Assembly (NCBI RefSeq): GCF_964194025.1
Contig: NC_134474.1
Coordinates: forward strand, 36,952,001-37,016,000
Origin: Convolutriloba macropyga
Lineage: Eukaryota
Direction of reading: 5' to 3'
Length of the DNA stretch: 64,000 bases
Numbering within the stretch: position 1 is the stretch's first letter; each line of letters starts with the position of its first letter. Positions 34,256-48,899 of this stretch are shown here, in pieces. The notes under the pieces were generated by a model. The model ran no database searches and was not told the origin of the DNA. It was given only the letters and a program-made list of their open reading frames with translations. Both the position numbers and the translations under genes were made by a program.

Positions 34256-36805
34256 ATAGTTTTTGAGGCACATCGAGTTTTTGTTTGTTCTTATTCAGTC
34301 GCGAACCTAAAATAGTCCCATTAAACGCTAATTACATTCAAAAATTTTCCGACTGCCAAGGAAAAGCATTGCAAAACAATTAATTGACGGTGCCTATCTG
34401 ACGGTACCTAACGCCTTCACGGGCCAATTGACAACTTTTTTTTCAAATTATTTTTATTATTTTTGCCAAATAGCTGAAATGAAAGGAGATTCTACTTCAG
34501 AAAATGTTTATTTCATATAACTATTCTCTTCACAGAAATGTCAATAGAAAACACCAGGGACAGAGATCGCAGCGACACCGGTAAACTGTCAGAGATTTCT
34601 ATCCATTTAAAGTGAATAGACCACCTCCTGTTCGTAACTGTTTTTGGTCTCAGAAATGCATCATCTGCGTAAAAAGAACTCTTGTTTTCATGGATTGATG
34701 TTGCTCCTTATCAAATCAATGACAATACCATCAAGAAGTAAAAACAGCTGTATTTCAAATGGTAAGGAAAATTTGTGGATTGGATACAAATGAGATTAAA
34801 TCTACTTAAAGGGCCACAAACTGTATAATGGAGATCGAAAAAACTGTATGAAGATTGAAAAATTTGTAAATAAAAAAATATATTAAATAGACAAAAGACA
34901 AAAAAAAGAGTTTCAATTCTCCATAAAAAGGACATTGATAACGACAAAAAACTGAATTACAGTGTACCCTAGCGTACAAGAAACAATGAAAGAAAGTTGA
35001 AAATTGAAAACACTAAAACAACTTTCCATTTCTAAATTAAATCGACTGATTAAAAAGATGTAAGCTCTGAATGTTATCTGTTGGTTGCCCAAAAAATTAT
35101 TTTCCTCAATACGTCAAAAATTTTTCGCCTAAAGAATTCAACCCGTGCGTTTAAAAGATTTATTATACAGTTTTTCAGAACCAATCAAAAAGATGTGTCC
35201 TACAGGGAACAGCGCTTGGCCATGCAATGCTGTAATGTAGTTTTGAAAAAAAATGCCAATGCCAGCAACATTCTCAAATATCAACATGAGACGTTAAATA
35301 TTTCGGAATCGGAATATACAAGCTATTGCAAGCCTGAATCTAATTATCTCTGATCTTGACATACACTTCTGTAAAACAGCCAGAAATGTGGCAACAAGAC
35401 TGAAAGAAAATATAACAAAGTCAATTTTGAGACTCTTGGGAAACTTGAAAGCCGAGCGACTTTTCGTTCCCAAAAAATGACATAAGGTAACAAGACAATA
35501 AACACATTGAAGAATCAGCTACTTATAAAATTGTTGAGATGATTACTTGAAGCAGTGATTTGGCTTGCAATGAAGATAATAGCTATCATTTGAGAAAATC
35601 TTCGGGAGAAGCTACCAAAAAAACAGATAACTGTCATTTAACAACGTTTCAAATTCGTTCAAAAATTATCAAATATCTGTTCTGATCTGAGAACTTTCTG
35701 AAGAAGTTTTTGATGAAATTTAATTAAGAGATCAAAAATACAAAAAGTATTATTACAGTTGGCAGAAATTTAATTTCAAAACAAGATCATAAAGGAAAAG
35801 AGTTTCCATTCTCCATAAAGTTGCAAAATTTTATGTAAAAAACTAAACCAAACGTTCTTCCTAAACAACTCTATTAAGCCTATGTTACAAAAATGTTACA
35901 AATGGCCTTAAAATGTTACATACTAAATGTCAATATCTGTGACATTTGTTTATTTATTAAATTACTAGACAAAACCTCTTTCTCACAAACCTCTGCATGT
36001 CTTGAAAGAGAACACATTCTGAACCTTGAGAATTTCAGCTTCAGATCAATATTCTCCGTGGATTGAGCTCCACTGTACTTTTCAGAGTCATTTTGAAAAG
36101 TACCTTAATATTATGAGATAGTGATCTTTTGGCAAATTCTTTTTTTTTGAAATAATAATTGCACAATTTTTTTGCTCACTGGTTGCCCTAAAATTCATTT
36201 TCAACGAATATGTAGCTTTCCCTCCAAAAGACTTAAACTTATGATTACAAATTTTTTATTATCCAGCTCCAGCTCTCCAGAACCAAAAAAAATTGTACCG
36301 CAGGGAACAGTGCATAGTCATGCCCACATATAACATCCACCTTAGTGATTTGATGCTTACGAGGTTTTCAGAAAAAATCAAATAAACTGTAAACTAATTT
36401 TTGGAAGAAAATTTTGTTAATTCCAGCAACATTTTCCAATATCAACAAGGGACGTTAATTATATGGAAACGTAACATATATGCTTTTGCAAATCTAGAGA
36501 TAAGTGTCACTAATCTTGACATGCAATTCTACTAAACACCAAAAAATTGCCAACAAGACTGAAAGAAAATATAACGAAGACAATTTTGAGTCTTTTTGGA
36601 AATTCCGAAGACGAGCAACAATTTTTTTCTAAAACAGTGCAAAACGTAACAAGACAAAAAACACAATGAAAAACCAGCTGCTTACAAAAAAAAATGAGAA
36701 GGTTAATTGACACAGTGGCTTTTCTCATACTTAACATAACAGCTATTTCTTGGGCAAATCTTACAGACAGCAGAAAACACAAATCTTTCATTGTGTTTTT
36801 CCTAT

Positions 36806-39020
36806 ATAACTCTATTTAGCCTATGTTACAAGAATTTTAGAAACGGCCCTTAAAATGTTAGGAACTGAAGTTTTAAAACTGGCTTTTGAGAACAGCATAA
36901 ATTCGTTCATATATTATCAAATATCTGTTCTGACTTGAGAGTATTGTGGACAAGTTTTAATGAAAGTTACTTAAAAAAACAAATAAAAAACACACTAAAA
37001 TGGATTGCAAATGACAGACATTCTGTATTAAATTTCAACTCTGCATTAAATACCATTGGTTATAATAAAATTTGAAAAACAGTGCACCATAAAAATACTG
37101 AAGTCAGTTGAAATTCAAATATCAACAAAAATTACCTGCAAATTTCTTTTTAAAAAATCAACCAACTGATTACAATATGTTATGTTATAGGTTCTGGTTG
37201 TCTAACTGCTTTCAAGACACTTCAAGTTTTTCTGCAAAGTTTGCAAATATTTGTTTCTCAGATTTAAGTGATCTTTTTTGGTGGAGAACAAGACCGGACT
37301 TTTAAAAAATTAGCTCGATTTTTATGAAGTATTATCACAAAAGTGAGGTACAGAGGAGTGTCTACCCTTTATCTGTACCACATACATCTATTGGAAAGAG
37401 TTTTTTCTGTTTTTGATTTCAATTTTTTGGTAAATTTTCATGCAATTTTTTATGTACAGAACTAAATCAAACCAAACCAAGTTTTTCCTGTGTAACTCTG
37501 TTTAGCCTTTGTTACAAGAAAGTTAGAAACGGCCCTTAAAATGTTAGGAACTGAAGGTTTATAACTGGCATTTGAAAACAGCATAAATTCGTTCATATAT
37601 TATCAAATATCTGTTCTGACTTGCGAGTATTGTGGACAAGTTTTAATGAAAGTTAGTAATAAAACAAATGAAAAAGACACAGAAATGGATTGCAAATGAC
37701 AGACATTCTGTATTAAGTTTCATTTCTGCATTAAATACCATTGGTTATAATAAAATTTGAAAAACAGTGCACCATAATTATACTGAAGTCAGTTAAAATT
37801 CAATTATCAACAAAAATTACCTGCAAATTTCTTTTTGTAAAATCAACCAACTGATTACCATATGTTATGTTATAGGTTCTGGTTGTCTAACTGCTTTCAA
37901 AACACTTCAAACTATTCTGCAAAGTTCTCAAATATTTGTTTCGCAGATTTAAGTGATCTTTTTGTTGGAGAACAAGACCGGACTTTTAAAAAATTAGCTC
38001 GATTTTTATGAAATATTTTCACAAAAATGATTTACAGAGGAGTGTCTACCCTTTATCTGTACCACATACATCTATTGGAAAGAGTTTTTTCTGTTTTTGA
38101 TTTCAATTTTTTGGTAAATTTTTTATGCAATTTTTTATGAACAGAACTAAATCAAACCAAACCAAATTTTTCCTGTATAACTCTATTTAGCCTATGTTAC
38201 AGGAAAGTTAGAAACGGCCCTTAACATGTTAGGAACTGAAGGTTTATAACTGGCATTTGAAAACAGCATAAATTCGTTCATATATTATCAAATATCTGTT
38301 CTGACTTGCGAGTATTGTGGACAAGTTTTAATGAAAGTTAGTAAAAAAACAAAGGAAAAAAACACAAAAATGGATTGCAAATGACAGACATTCTGCATTA
38401 AGTTTCAATTCTGCATTAAATACCATTGGTTATAATAAAGTTCTGAAAACAGTGCATCATAAAAATACTGAAGTCAGTTAAAGTTGAAGTATCAACAAAA
38501 TTTACCTGCAAATTTCTTTTTAACAGATCAATCAACTCATTACATCATGTTATGCTATAGGTTCTGGTTGTCTAACTGCTTTCAAGACACTTCAAATTTT
38601 TCTGCAAAGATTGCAAATATTTGTTTCTCAGATTTATGTGATCTTTTTTGGTGGAGAAAAAATCCGGACTTTTAAAAAATTAGCTCGATTTTTATGAAAT
38701 ATTATCACAAAAGTGAGGTACAGAGGAGTGTCTACCCTTTATCTGTACCACATACATCTATTGGAAAGAGTTTTTTCTGTTTTTGATTTCAATTTTTTGG
38801 TAAATTTTTCATGCAATTTTTTATGTACAGAACTAAATCAAACCAAACCAAATTATTCCTATATAACTCTATTTAGCCTATTTTACAAGAAAGTTAGAAA
38901 CGGCGTTTAAAATGTTAGGAACTGAAGGTTTATAACTGGCATTTGAAAAACAACATAAATTCGTTCATATAATATCGAATATATGTTCTGACTTGCGAGT
39001 ATTGTGGACAAGATTTAACA
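36806..39020. repeat. Tandem array of about 685-bp units (3 full + 1 partial)
   Basis: The aactctatttagccta anchor (one variant copy) recurs at about 36808, 37494, 38179 and 38865 with collinear interiors. Confidence 0.95.
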
Positions 39021-42000
39021 AAAATTACTAAAAAAAAAAACAAATGAGAAACACACAAAAATACACAAAGGTAACAAAAACACACAAAGGTAACCAGACA
39101 AAAAACAGAATGAAAAACCAGCAGCTGCTTACAAAAAAATTGTGAAGATTAATTAACACAGTGGTTTTTTCTCATACTTTACATAACAGCTATTTCATGG
39201 GCAAATCTTACAGACATCAGAAAACACAAGTCTTTCATTGTGTTTTTCCTATATGACTCTATTTAGCCTATGTTACAAGAATGCTCGAAATGGCTCTTAA
39301 AATGTTATAAACTAAACGTTTTTATCGGTACATCGGTGTTAATTGTTTTTTTCTATATTATAAGAGAAACTCCAATTTTTTTGAAAAAATTGCAAGTATT
39401 TGTCGCCAAAAATGGGGTGACGGATCTGGTGGTGAACGAGACTGGCCTTTAAAGTTTTTAGCTGTCCTTTTTCCACGGAATTTCAGAGTGTTGCGGAGGA
39501 GGGTTTTCAATTTATTTGTGCCATCCACCCATCTAAAAAAGATTTCACTCTGTTTTTTGATACCCTTTCTTAATATAATTTTTTTTGTAAATTTTTGAGC
39601 AAAACACTGAAGCAAGCAAAAGAACTCTATTTAGCTGATAATACAGCAATGTTTGAAAATGGTGCTTTACATGTTATCATTTACATGTTTCTATCAGTAC
39701 GAATGTGACGTCTGTTTTCTTCGGTCAAAAATTTTCCGAGAAAAATTTCATTCTCAAACCTCTGCACTTCTTGAAAGCACACTGTGATCCTTAAGAATTT
39801 CGGCTTAAGATCAATACTATCAATGGATTGCGCTCTACAGTAATTCTCAGAATCTTTTCGACAGGAACCTGATTTTTACGAGAAAGTGATCCTGAATTTT
39901 TTGCTAAACTTTTTTTGAAATACCACCTCACCAACTGTTGCAAAAGTTTTTATTCACGGGATGACCGCAAAATTATTTTAACCTGTGAGTAGAAATTTTC
40001 GCTAACGATTCTTTTTTCATGCTGATAAAAGATTTTTTATCCAGCTCTTGAAAAGCAAAAACAGCTGTCCCACAGAAAACAGCGATTCCTCATGCTCTTA
40101 TCCAACATCTACTCAATGGTCATGACGCTTAAATCTGATGAAAACTAAATTTGTGCAAAACTTTGATGCTTGTTCATTGTATTGAGAAAAGAATTCAAGT
40201 ACTGTTGGAATGTGAAAACCATGCTAACGCTAGCAAAATCTTCAAATATTATTAAAAAACACTAAAAAAATAAAACTCCCTGAATGTGCGCATATAACTT
40301 TTGCAAACCTGGTGATAAGTGTCTCAAATAAGTTTTTATAAGATAAATTTTTTTTATTAAAGCAATTGGAGGGATTTCCGCTTTGCATAAAAATTGACAC
40401 TTTCAAATGCCACGCTGTTTCATTATTTTTTTCTCGCTCACTGACGAATTACCTTTTCTCCTTCATATATTTACACTGTCAACCGGAATAACTTCATTTA
40501 GAATTCACGTGTTTCTCTCCCATGCCCCAGGTTGTACATATACATTTTGGTAATTAGACTGAAGTTTCTCACAAAAACAATTTTCAGAATACGGCAAGAT
40601 GACTCGCTCGAAGTTTTGCGTAGCACAGAATATTCCAACATTCGTCTCAAGTTTGTGAAAAACTTCGTCTATTCTGAGTTGAAAATATTTTTTGACTGTC
40701 AATTAATCGAAGCTCAATTTGATGCTTTGTTCCGTAGCAAACTTGAGTACGATTTTTTTATTCTGCAAAACTAATGTTTTCAAAGCCCTCATGTTAACAT
40801 AATTTTACCAGATGAACATCCATTGCTTTATCAATTATGTCACAATGAAAAACAAATTTTCACAGAGGGTTAATTTCAGGAAGAGCAACAAATGAAAAGT
40901 TTAAATTCGTGTAGAAAATTAACCCAAACAATGGAGTAGAGTATTATAAGAAGTTCAATTGTGGGCCAGATGTTAATTGCCAGTTATTATCAATTCAAAT
41001 GACCTATAAAAAAAACAATTTTGAGAGAAAGAGAAGAAAATGAAAAAAATTGGGGGTTGGGGTGTTGTTACAATTGTTATGTAATTGTTGTATAATGGAA
41101 CGTTTATAACATTGTATAGATGCTTCGAGGTTAATGAGAACCTTATGATAAGACAGTGTTTTTTGAATAATATCCTTAAAAAAGTCCGAGTTTTACATTA
41201 TTTCTGAGGTTTTTCTGCTAAATCGCAGATTTTTAAGCTTTTTCATATTTTTTCGAATCAATGAGAATAAAAACAACGCGAAAAGACAGTTTTTGCTCAA
41301 AAATTTCTTTTGATACCAAATATTGACGGATTCTGTGGAATAAATTTGTTTCAGAGGAGTAACAACACCTAAAAAAGGCACATTTTGTAACTGTTTTTGC
41401 CAATAGTCGAATTTACCATTTTTTCTCCAAAAACAGATTTTTTCATGTTTCCGAGATGGTTACTTGATTGCTGTTTCAAGAAATTCGTGGTTCCAATAGC
41501 AGACAAAAGAACCTTTTCAATAAGAACCTTTTCAGGTTTTTAAACTCAATTTTAACACGCTTTGTTAGCAATTATTGTAATTACCAGACAGCTCACAAAA
41601 TACAGAAATTAACTGAAATTTCACACCCAAATGAAAACTTTTGGACACTTGGTAAGCTTACTCTCAATTTTTATCTCTTCTTATTTTTTTATATTTCAAT
41701 CCCGATGTGGGTCAATTGGTCAAGGTCGGCTATTACTCATTTAGTTATGGCTACGTACAATTTAATTGGATTGATTTTCTTCAAACTTAACGTAAAATCC
41801 TGTATTTAAAGGCAATGAAAAACACGGATAAAGTCGTATTTTTCTTATTTTTCGAGGGCTAATTCACTTACCTACACTTTAAAATGGCTTTTTCTTAAAA
41901 AAAATGATAGCTCAACATGTTTCCAGTGTATCTTAAATGATTTTAAAAAAACTATTTGAAAAGTGTGAACATCGAAAACTCGAAAACAAAAGAAACCAAG

Positions 42001-42566
42001 CTTTTATAAAAGGGAAGGATAGAATAATTAGAAGAAGAGATAGGTTGCTAAAGCATCATTTTGAGCTTGAAAAATTTGACAGTCAAAAATATTTTCATCT
42101 CAGAAAAAAAATGAAGCTTTTGACAAACTCAACAGTATGATGGAAGACTCTATGCAACGCAAAATCTCGTTCGTTTCATTTTGTTTCTGTAAGTTTTTTT
42201 GTTTGATCTTTTTATTCAAACAAACAGATTTTAGTGAAATTCAAATACTGCATCTGTTGTATCATCAAGTCTACAAAATAAAAAAAGTTGTACAAAGTAA
42301 TTCAATCTCAAACCAATAAAGCCACAGAGAACAACAATTGGGTAATTTTTGTCAAATATTACTCTAAGAACTCATAGGCAATAGGGAAGAAATTAAGGCA
42401 TTTTGATATTTTCCAATTTTATATTTTTGGCTCCTTTTTTCAATTTTTTTATTTCCACGCCAAAACTTGATTTTTCGTTAAAAAATTTTAAAAAATTTCG
42501 TCCTATGTTATTAAAATTTCAACCTGGTCGTTGTGATAAACTTATTAAATAGTTTGAGATAAATTA

Positions 42567-45500
42567 TGCCAAATACACGAGGTCAGCGATTGGATTCTGT
42601 AAACGATGGGAAATGAGCGAAGGACAGTTTTTCTTTGTGCTAGAAGAAGTCAGACGAACAGTGGATTGAATGTGAGCTTTGCTACCATCGGTTTTATGTG
42701 ACATGGTGTCGTGTCTCAATGGATGCCTTCAATGTTATTCAGCAAACGAAGAGCATTCTATGGTGTCAAGAATCTTGTATTACTCCAGCACAAGATATGT
42801 TAAAGGTACTTTTAACTGAAAAATTGGCCATGGATGAAGTTAATACTAAAATACAATCAACTATCGATTTAGTAAAGGTTGTTAAGGCAGCCGTAACGGA
42901 GCCCAATAGTGTATTATATAATGAAATTGTTGAATGTTCTAGTAAAATAAACATCGCTCACAACATATCAATGGGAAGTTATGGGATACGTATACATTGC
43001 TTGCCTGATTCATCCGATGGAAATCACTTTAAACGAATACAGAGGGATAAAAAAAAACGCCCATAAAGCTCAGAAGTTTATCTTAATTGAAGATGTTACA
43101 ATAGATGATGTTTATAGAATTCGACGCTACAATAAAAATAGCGACAGGTTGAGGAATATTATTGTAAAGCTTGCAAATGAATGATAGTACCGAGCGCTGC
43201 TCCGTTCAAACTATAAGCTGAAACAATGTCCGCAAAAAGTTCTTATATCAAAAGAACTGTCAGGAACCGAACGGAAACCGGAGAGAAAATGCCTTATGGC
43301 TAGATCAAACCTTTTAGAAAGTTGGACACAGAGGAGTGATATGAGATAAAGGAACATTAAATTTTTATTCAGAGCGACTGCTCCAGACCAATGGCTTGAG
43401 CACACCTCCTCTCTACAAAATTGAATACAATACCCAAGCATAAAGTTACTCAGTGCCAGATTCTTGAAGAAGTCAAACGCCGTTAGTCCCTCAGATGTTT
43501 ATATCTTTGACCAAAAAATACCTATATGCTGTATCACCGAGACCTGGTAGAACAAAGACATCGAGAACTTCTTGTTATCCATTAACGGTTTCGATTTTTG
43601 TCGACATGACCTTGACTTATCCAATAGTTTAAAAGATTGTGGTGGTGGCGTTACTTTGTACTGTAATAACTCGGTCACATGTGAACAATTAACGCCTCAA
43701 GATGAGCGCTCTTCGAAATCCTTGAAAACCTCTGGAAAAAAAACTACTACGACAGCAGTACACTTTATATTAGCAGTTAATTATTATCTGCCTGCTGCCA
43801 ACTGTTCCTCAAGTTTAGCGGACCACGTCGATGATGCCATTGAAAAGCTCAGCGTGGAGTTCGGTTCTGCGTCTATAATTGTCTGTGTTGGTTTCAGACA
43901 TTTTTATTTATCTCTCATCACCGATGGCAGTGGGTTTCATATTATCGTTTACGGGTCTGCAAGAGATCACAATAATATCCTAGATTATTTTTTTGTTCCG
44001 AACCCTCCTATTTCAGTTACACTCGAAACTTTGTCACAACGTTGAAAACTGATCATAAAGCTCTAACATTGACAACAAATCACGGGGAGAATAGCCGTAG
44101 TGTTCGGTAATTCATTGATCAGCGGCTGAAATGCAAGAGTTCCTTATCTTACATTTTGAGTTCAACAAGCTTTGATTTCTTTTTGGATTACGCGGATACA
44201 AATGAGGACATTCTTTTAAGAATTGTTTACTTTTTTGCTGCCAACATCGCAGAGTTACAATTCGAAACTCTGAAAGTTTTTTTTGTCATACAGCCGATGA
44301 AACTGCTTTGAAAAAGAAAAATGCCTTTGTTCGCAAGAAGCGATTTGCTGATGCGGAACTTGTCTCTTGTCAAATCAGATTGGTTGTCTTCCACAACGCG
44401 CAAAATCAAAGACTTATAAGTCATTGGTGGCATCAAGTGAACAAATATCTGGGAAAATGTGCTGTTTGATATTGACAGTCTAAATAACTTTTATTAGGGA
44501 AATAGCACGTCGCGCAATGCTCCCAAAATGCCCAAGTTTGGTGGGGCCGAACTACCGTGCAACAAGTCGCCCTATGTGAAATTATTTTTGATCTCAAACG
44601 AATATCTCTCACTGGCTGTGGGCTGATGAATTGCCGTGTAGTATTTTCAAAGAGAACAGGTTGTCTTTGGCCGCATCAATAGCCCACATTTTTAATCATT
44701 GTTTAGATAGCGGTATTTATCCAGATTCCTAGAAAACTGCATATAGGCCCTGTTCCAAAATTCCAAAAATTGAAGCTACCTTTAGCCTAATATCCTTATC
44801 TCTCTATCTTATCTAGGTTTTTCGAAAAGATTTTTTTTGCCAAAAGTCTATCTTGCTCATGAAAGGACAGCCAGTTTTGTAAAAAGGGGCCCACGTCAAT
44901 TCCCCTGATGAACATTCTGATTGATATAATGAAATACAAGCCTGACTTTGATTGTGATCATTTGATTAAAATGAATATGTCCAAAGCGTTTGATACTATT
45001 TGCCCGTCCTCGATTATCAGCGGTTTTGCAACAATTGTTTCCCCAATAGACATTCAGATTATCAACGTCTTTGAACATTTTCTGGCTGATCGACAAAACT
45101 TTACAAAACTCAAAAGTTGAGTCAGTTGCTAGACTAACCAACTTGACAGTCCCCCAATGTATTGTTTTGGGTCAACCCATCTTCAACGTATCAAATCCAC
45201 TTATATTAGTGGATATAGTTTTTAAATTTGAGTGTCTAGTCACTGCGTATGTCGACAATAATACACATATAATTCCCTGCTTAGTAAGCAGTCATGATAG
45301 TGCGGATCAAGTTTTGAGTTGTCTTTGTGACATCCGATGCTCAACAAATCCAAAGCGAACTAATTATCAGGTTTACAAAGAAAAAAGATTAATCCATATT
45401 AGCAGAAATTCTAAGAGTTATAATTTCTTGGTGTTATATTCGACAGGAAACTAAATTTCAAGTCACATGAAAATTCGGTGAAACAACGAATTACAAGTCG

Positions 45501-45950
45501 TATTCATCTTTTATTACCCCTAATAAGACTACAAAATTCCAGCATTGAACGTTCGTAAATGTATCAAATTCTAGTCACAAGTGTAATGATTTAATGTGTA
45601 GTGTTTTGGGTGGTGCTACAAATTATCTCCTCGGCAAACTGGATGGTTGTCAGAAAAAGTCATTTAGAACTGGCATTATTGAGGTTTTCAAACCAAGGGG
45701 GCAAAATATCACGGAGAGTGATCAACACATTTCTGAGGAAATTATGGACATTGGTACAGTCCGTACACTTCACAAGTTTGTTCCAAAACTATCTGTTTTC
45801 GCTTGTAAACTGCAACTAAAACTTCCGTTGCTATCGAAAGCAACAACAAAAACCGAGATTTTAACTTTTTCCAAACTGTTTCCCAAAAAAACATAATTTG
45901 TCTAATGTGCTATGAAATATAAACTTCTATTTGCCTTCTACTAAAAGTTT
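42567..45950 (+). mobile_element. Decayed near-full-length CR1/L2-type LINE with PHD-finger ORF1
   Basis: ORF1 relics WIECELC..F.V.WC...LWCQESC and DVYRI...RNIIVKL. APE: CITETW, GGGVTLY, NILDYFF, TDH. RT: MSKAFDTI, VPQ..VLG, YVDN. Many stops and frameshifts. Confidence 0.85.
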
Positions 45951-46876
45951 TTTCTTTTTGTGATTAGTTGTGCATAGATTGAACATGAAAAAAAGTTTTC
46001 CGAATGGCCAAAATTTTTCTCTTGGATGTGCAGTTCCGAATAAATTGCTCAAAGAAAAGTTTTTTAGCTTATAAAAATGACAGCTGGCAGATGATGAGCA
46101 GAATTGTTATCACCTTATTTGCAATGACCTAGTGATCAAGTTTTTGTCAGTTTATGGAGTTTCCTTAATGTTTTCTCATTTGATCTGGCCCTTATTTATC
46201 ATTTTGAGTGTAATTCGTTTAATTTATCAGTTTTTTCATTAGAAACAGTGAGTTGGTTAATTCAAAAACGTAACGTGAGAGACGTGACTTGTGAAGACCG
46301 AAAAACGTAATCAAAACGTGAACCGACTTTTAAAAAACCATAAGTGTGCGAAATCGGGAAACGACAAAAAGAGTGCGCCCATTCAAAAATTTTTTTTTCT
46401 GAGTGATCTGATTTTTACAAATATTACTCACGAAATTTGTTAAAATTGAGTTTAAAAAGATAATCGTTTCTATAGAAAACCAACAGAACAAAAATTTAAA
46501 ATAAAAACTAACTTTTTTAAAACAAGTACACCTAACAGCAAAAAAATTGTCTGCAATTGGAACCACCAATTTACTCAAAGAGCAATCAGGGCACATAAAA
46601 AATTTTCTGTTGAAGAAAAAAAGTTCAAGTATTGGTAAACAAAATACAAAATTGATCTTTCTTAGGTCTTTTTGCATCTATTTAACAAAATTATAACCAT
46701 GAATAATCAAAATGTTGGTATCTACGGAAATTTTGAGCCAAAAATGTCGCTTCGCGTCTCTTTGATTCTCAATGAAAGCGATGAAACAAAGAAATTTGCC
46801 AAAAAAATGCAAAAAAAGCTTAAAAATCTGCAGTTTAGCTGATAAACCTCAGAAATAGTTATATACTCTCATATAG

Positions 46877-47994
46877 TCAAAACTACCTGCAGGGACGGAA
46901 ACAAAAGGAAACGCAGTTTCATCTGAGCTCAAAGTTCGAAGTGGCGTGCCACAAGGCTCTGTACTAGGGCCCCTACCTTTCGTTCTTTTCATCAACGATC
47001 TGCCTCAATGCGTTATGTCCGATAGCTATGGATATGCCGACGATTATAAAATCATTGGCACAAACAACGTCACCAAGCAAATTGATGCTGCTTAAGTCTG
47101 GAAATGGTGCACTGAAAATTTAATGAAACTAAACGTCAGCAAATGCAAAGTCCTCTATATAAAAGGAGAAACGAAAGTTACATTAAATGGATCGTTTTTA
47201 TTAACTTGGAAAGTCATAAAAAGAAAAGGACCTTGGAGTCATGATCCACAAGGATCTCACCTGGACAGCAAACGCCAACCACCGCTGCGAAAAGGCTTTG
47301 AAAGCTTTCTTCACCATCAAAAGGAACGTTGCAAGAGGAACAGCCTGGCAACCCAAGAAAAATCTATATCGGAGTTATATCGTACCAATTATCTCATACG
47401 GGTCAATTCTCTGGAAACCAAACAAACAAGATCTGAAAAAAGTTGAAGCAATCCAGATTAGAGCTACGAAATGGATCTTATCCACAGGACAACTGACATC
47501 AAAGAGAGACTGCGCAGACTAGATATCCATCCTCTATCGATCATGAGCTCCACGTGCTATTGTTATTCCTGGACATTGCCAGTGGCAGATACGACATTGA
47601 ATGGCAAAATTTCATACAGGTCAACGAACAGCATGACCAGAACACAAGAACGGGAGATACAAGACGTTTCAAGACCAGGAATCTCTCGAGACAGAAACAG
47701 GAGAGCGATTTCTGGACTAGAGGCATCTACCTTGCGAACCTCATTGGTCAAAAAGTTGGTCAAAGTGTGGACTCTATACCAGCCGCAAGCAGAAGAAGGA
47801 AGATAACAGAAGTCTACACAAGTTTCTTCACCGAAGCTTACGCTCCTGAAAATATGTGCACATGGAGATTGTCTTGTCTATGTGAACTTTGCAGAAATCT
47901 TATTAAACTGATATAACTCTTTGACAAAACTGAAACTCCGGGAACATTCCTTTCCCTGGGCGCTGACTCTAAATTCTGTTATTATTATTATTAT
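46877..47994 (+). mobile_element. 5'-truncated CR1/L2-type LINE with (TTA)n tail and candidate TSD ATATAG
   Basis: SGVPQGSVLGP..FINDLP..YADD..LNVSKCK; ATATAG at 46871-46876 and 47995-48000. Confidence 0.9.
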
Positions 47995-48685
47995 ATATAG
48001 GAAGCTTTTAAAACGTTGTCTGAACATAAGGTTGATGATGCAGTCGAGTCATTAATACAATTAACAATACCAACACAACGAAATTATTCAATATCCGAAA
48101 GTATTTATTACCCTCAATATTTCCTTTTCCCTTCCAATTTTAAATAGCACCCATTTCACAACATGCGATAAATCTTGTAGGTTTAGATAAAAATGAAATG
48201 TAGCCTCTAGGGGATATAAAATAACGTTTTTTTTGCTGCGATACAAATATAAAAGTGAAAATTTGAACGAAAAATGCCGACCTTGCATATATATTTCCCC
48301 ATTAAAAATCTTGGAACAATAGGTTCTACATTTGTCAGACTTGACTCATTTTTAGCTTTAAGGGACATTGCGTTTTTTTTCCAGGAAAAAAATCGGTCTC
48401 CATTTCAGTTGAGGGTGCGATTCTCGAATTTATTAGCAACAAGAAAGTTTTGTTCCCATATCCTTGGGTACCTTCCGGCAACAACATCTGTGATTTCTTA
48501 TGAAATGCTCGTTTTGTAACGCTGGAATAAACACAAAATTGATTTGCGAGAGCAGAGAATTTTCTATGGCGGCATCTTGCTTCCCAGAAACGTTTGTGAG
48601 AAATTACTTTTTCACCCGGGCCCAATTGTAATGTTTCAACATTCTTCCTGGCCTTTGTGTTTACTTCCAACAGTGGTGTTTTTTC

Positions 48686-48785
48686 GGGATCTATTCTGTT
48701 TCCCGCCCCCATAGTAACGTGCTACATAACATATAAGATGTTAAGGGGCATAAAAGGCACGGATGGCCGAAACAGAATAGATCCC
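48686..48785. mobile_element. 100-bp MITE with perfect 17-bp TIR GGGATCTATTCTGTTTC
   Basis: TIR read directly; interior agtaacgtgcta.ataaca and ggggcataaaa shared with 61523-61698. Confidence 0.8.
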
Positions 48786-48899
48786 TTTTGCTGGAACAAG
48801 GCATGTTGATCTTTAGTTTAACTGTTTTGCTGGAACATGGCAGTTGCATTCACATTTTCGTACTTTCTATCAAAATTGATTTCATTTGCGGACAGGGAT

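Larger units (their letters stand above)
40500..48660. repeat. Diverged long inverted repeat: arms about 40500-41600 and 46390-48660 (right arm split by a LINE)
   Basis: atttctgaggttt..cagatttttaagctttt (about 41200) is the reverse complement of 46810-46860. tttaaactcaattttaac matches about 46440, aaccttatg..agaca about 48020, and tttctcacaaa..gcaagatg about 48570-48605. Confidence 0.75.

Noticed and set aside
30550-34260. TATAGT as TSD of the minus-strand LINE
   Set aside because: Present on both sides but absent from the paralogous empty site near 14160, so not confirmed.
34536-34761. AG/GT-bounded exon-like block with faint LGIC-like words (ELLFSW, DTGKLSEI)
   Set aside because: Stops in all three frames and motif order inconsistent with LGICs.
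37108-38910. Repeated small ORFs in the 685-bp array
   Set aside because: Not open in all units, non-ATG starts, no motifs.
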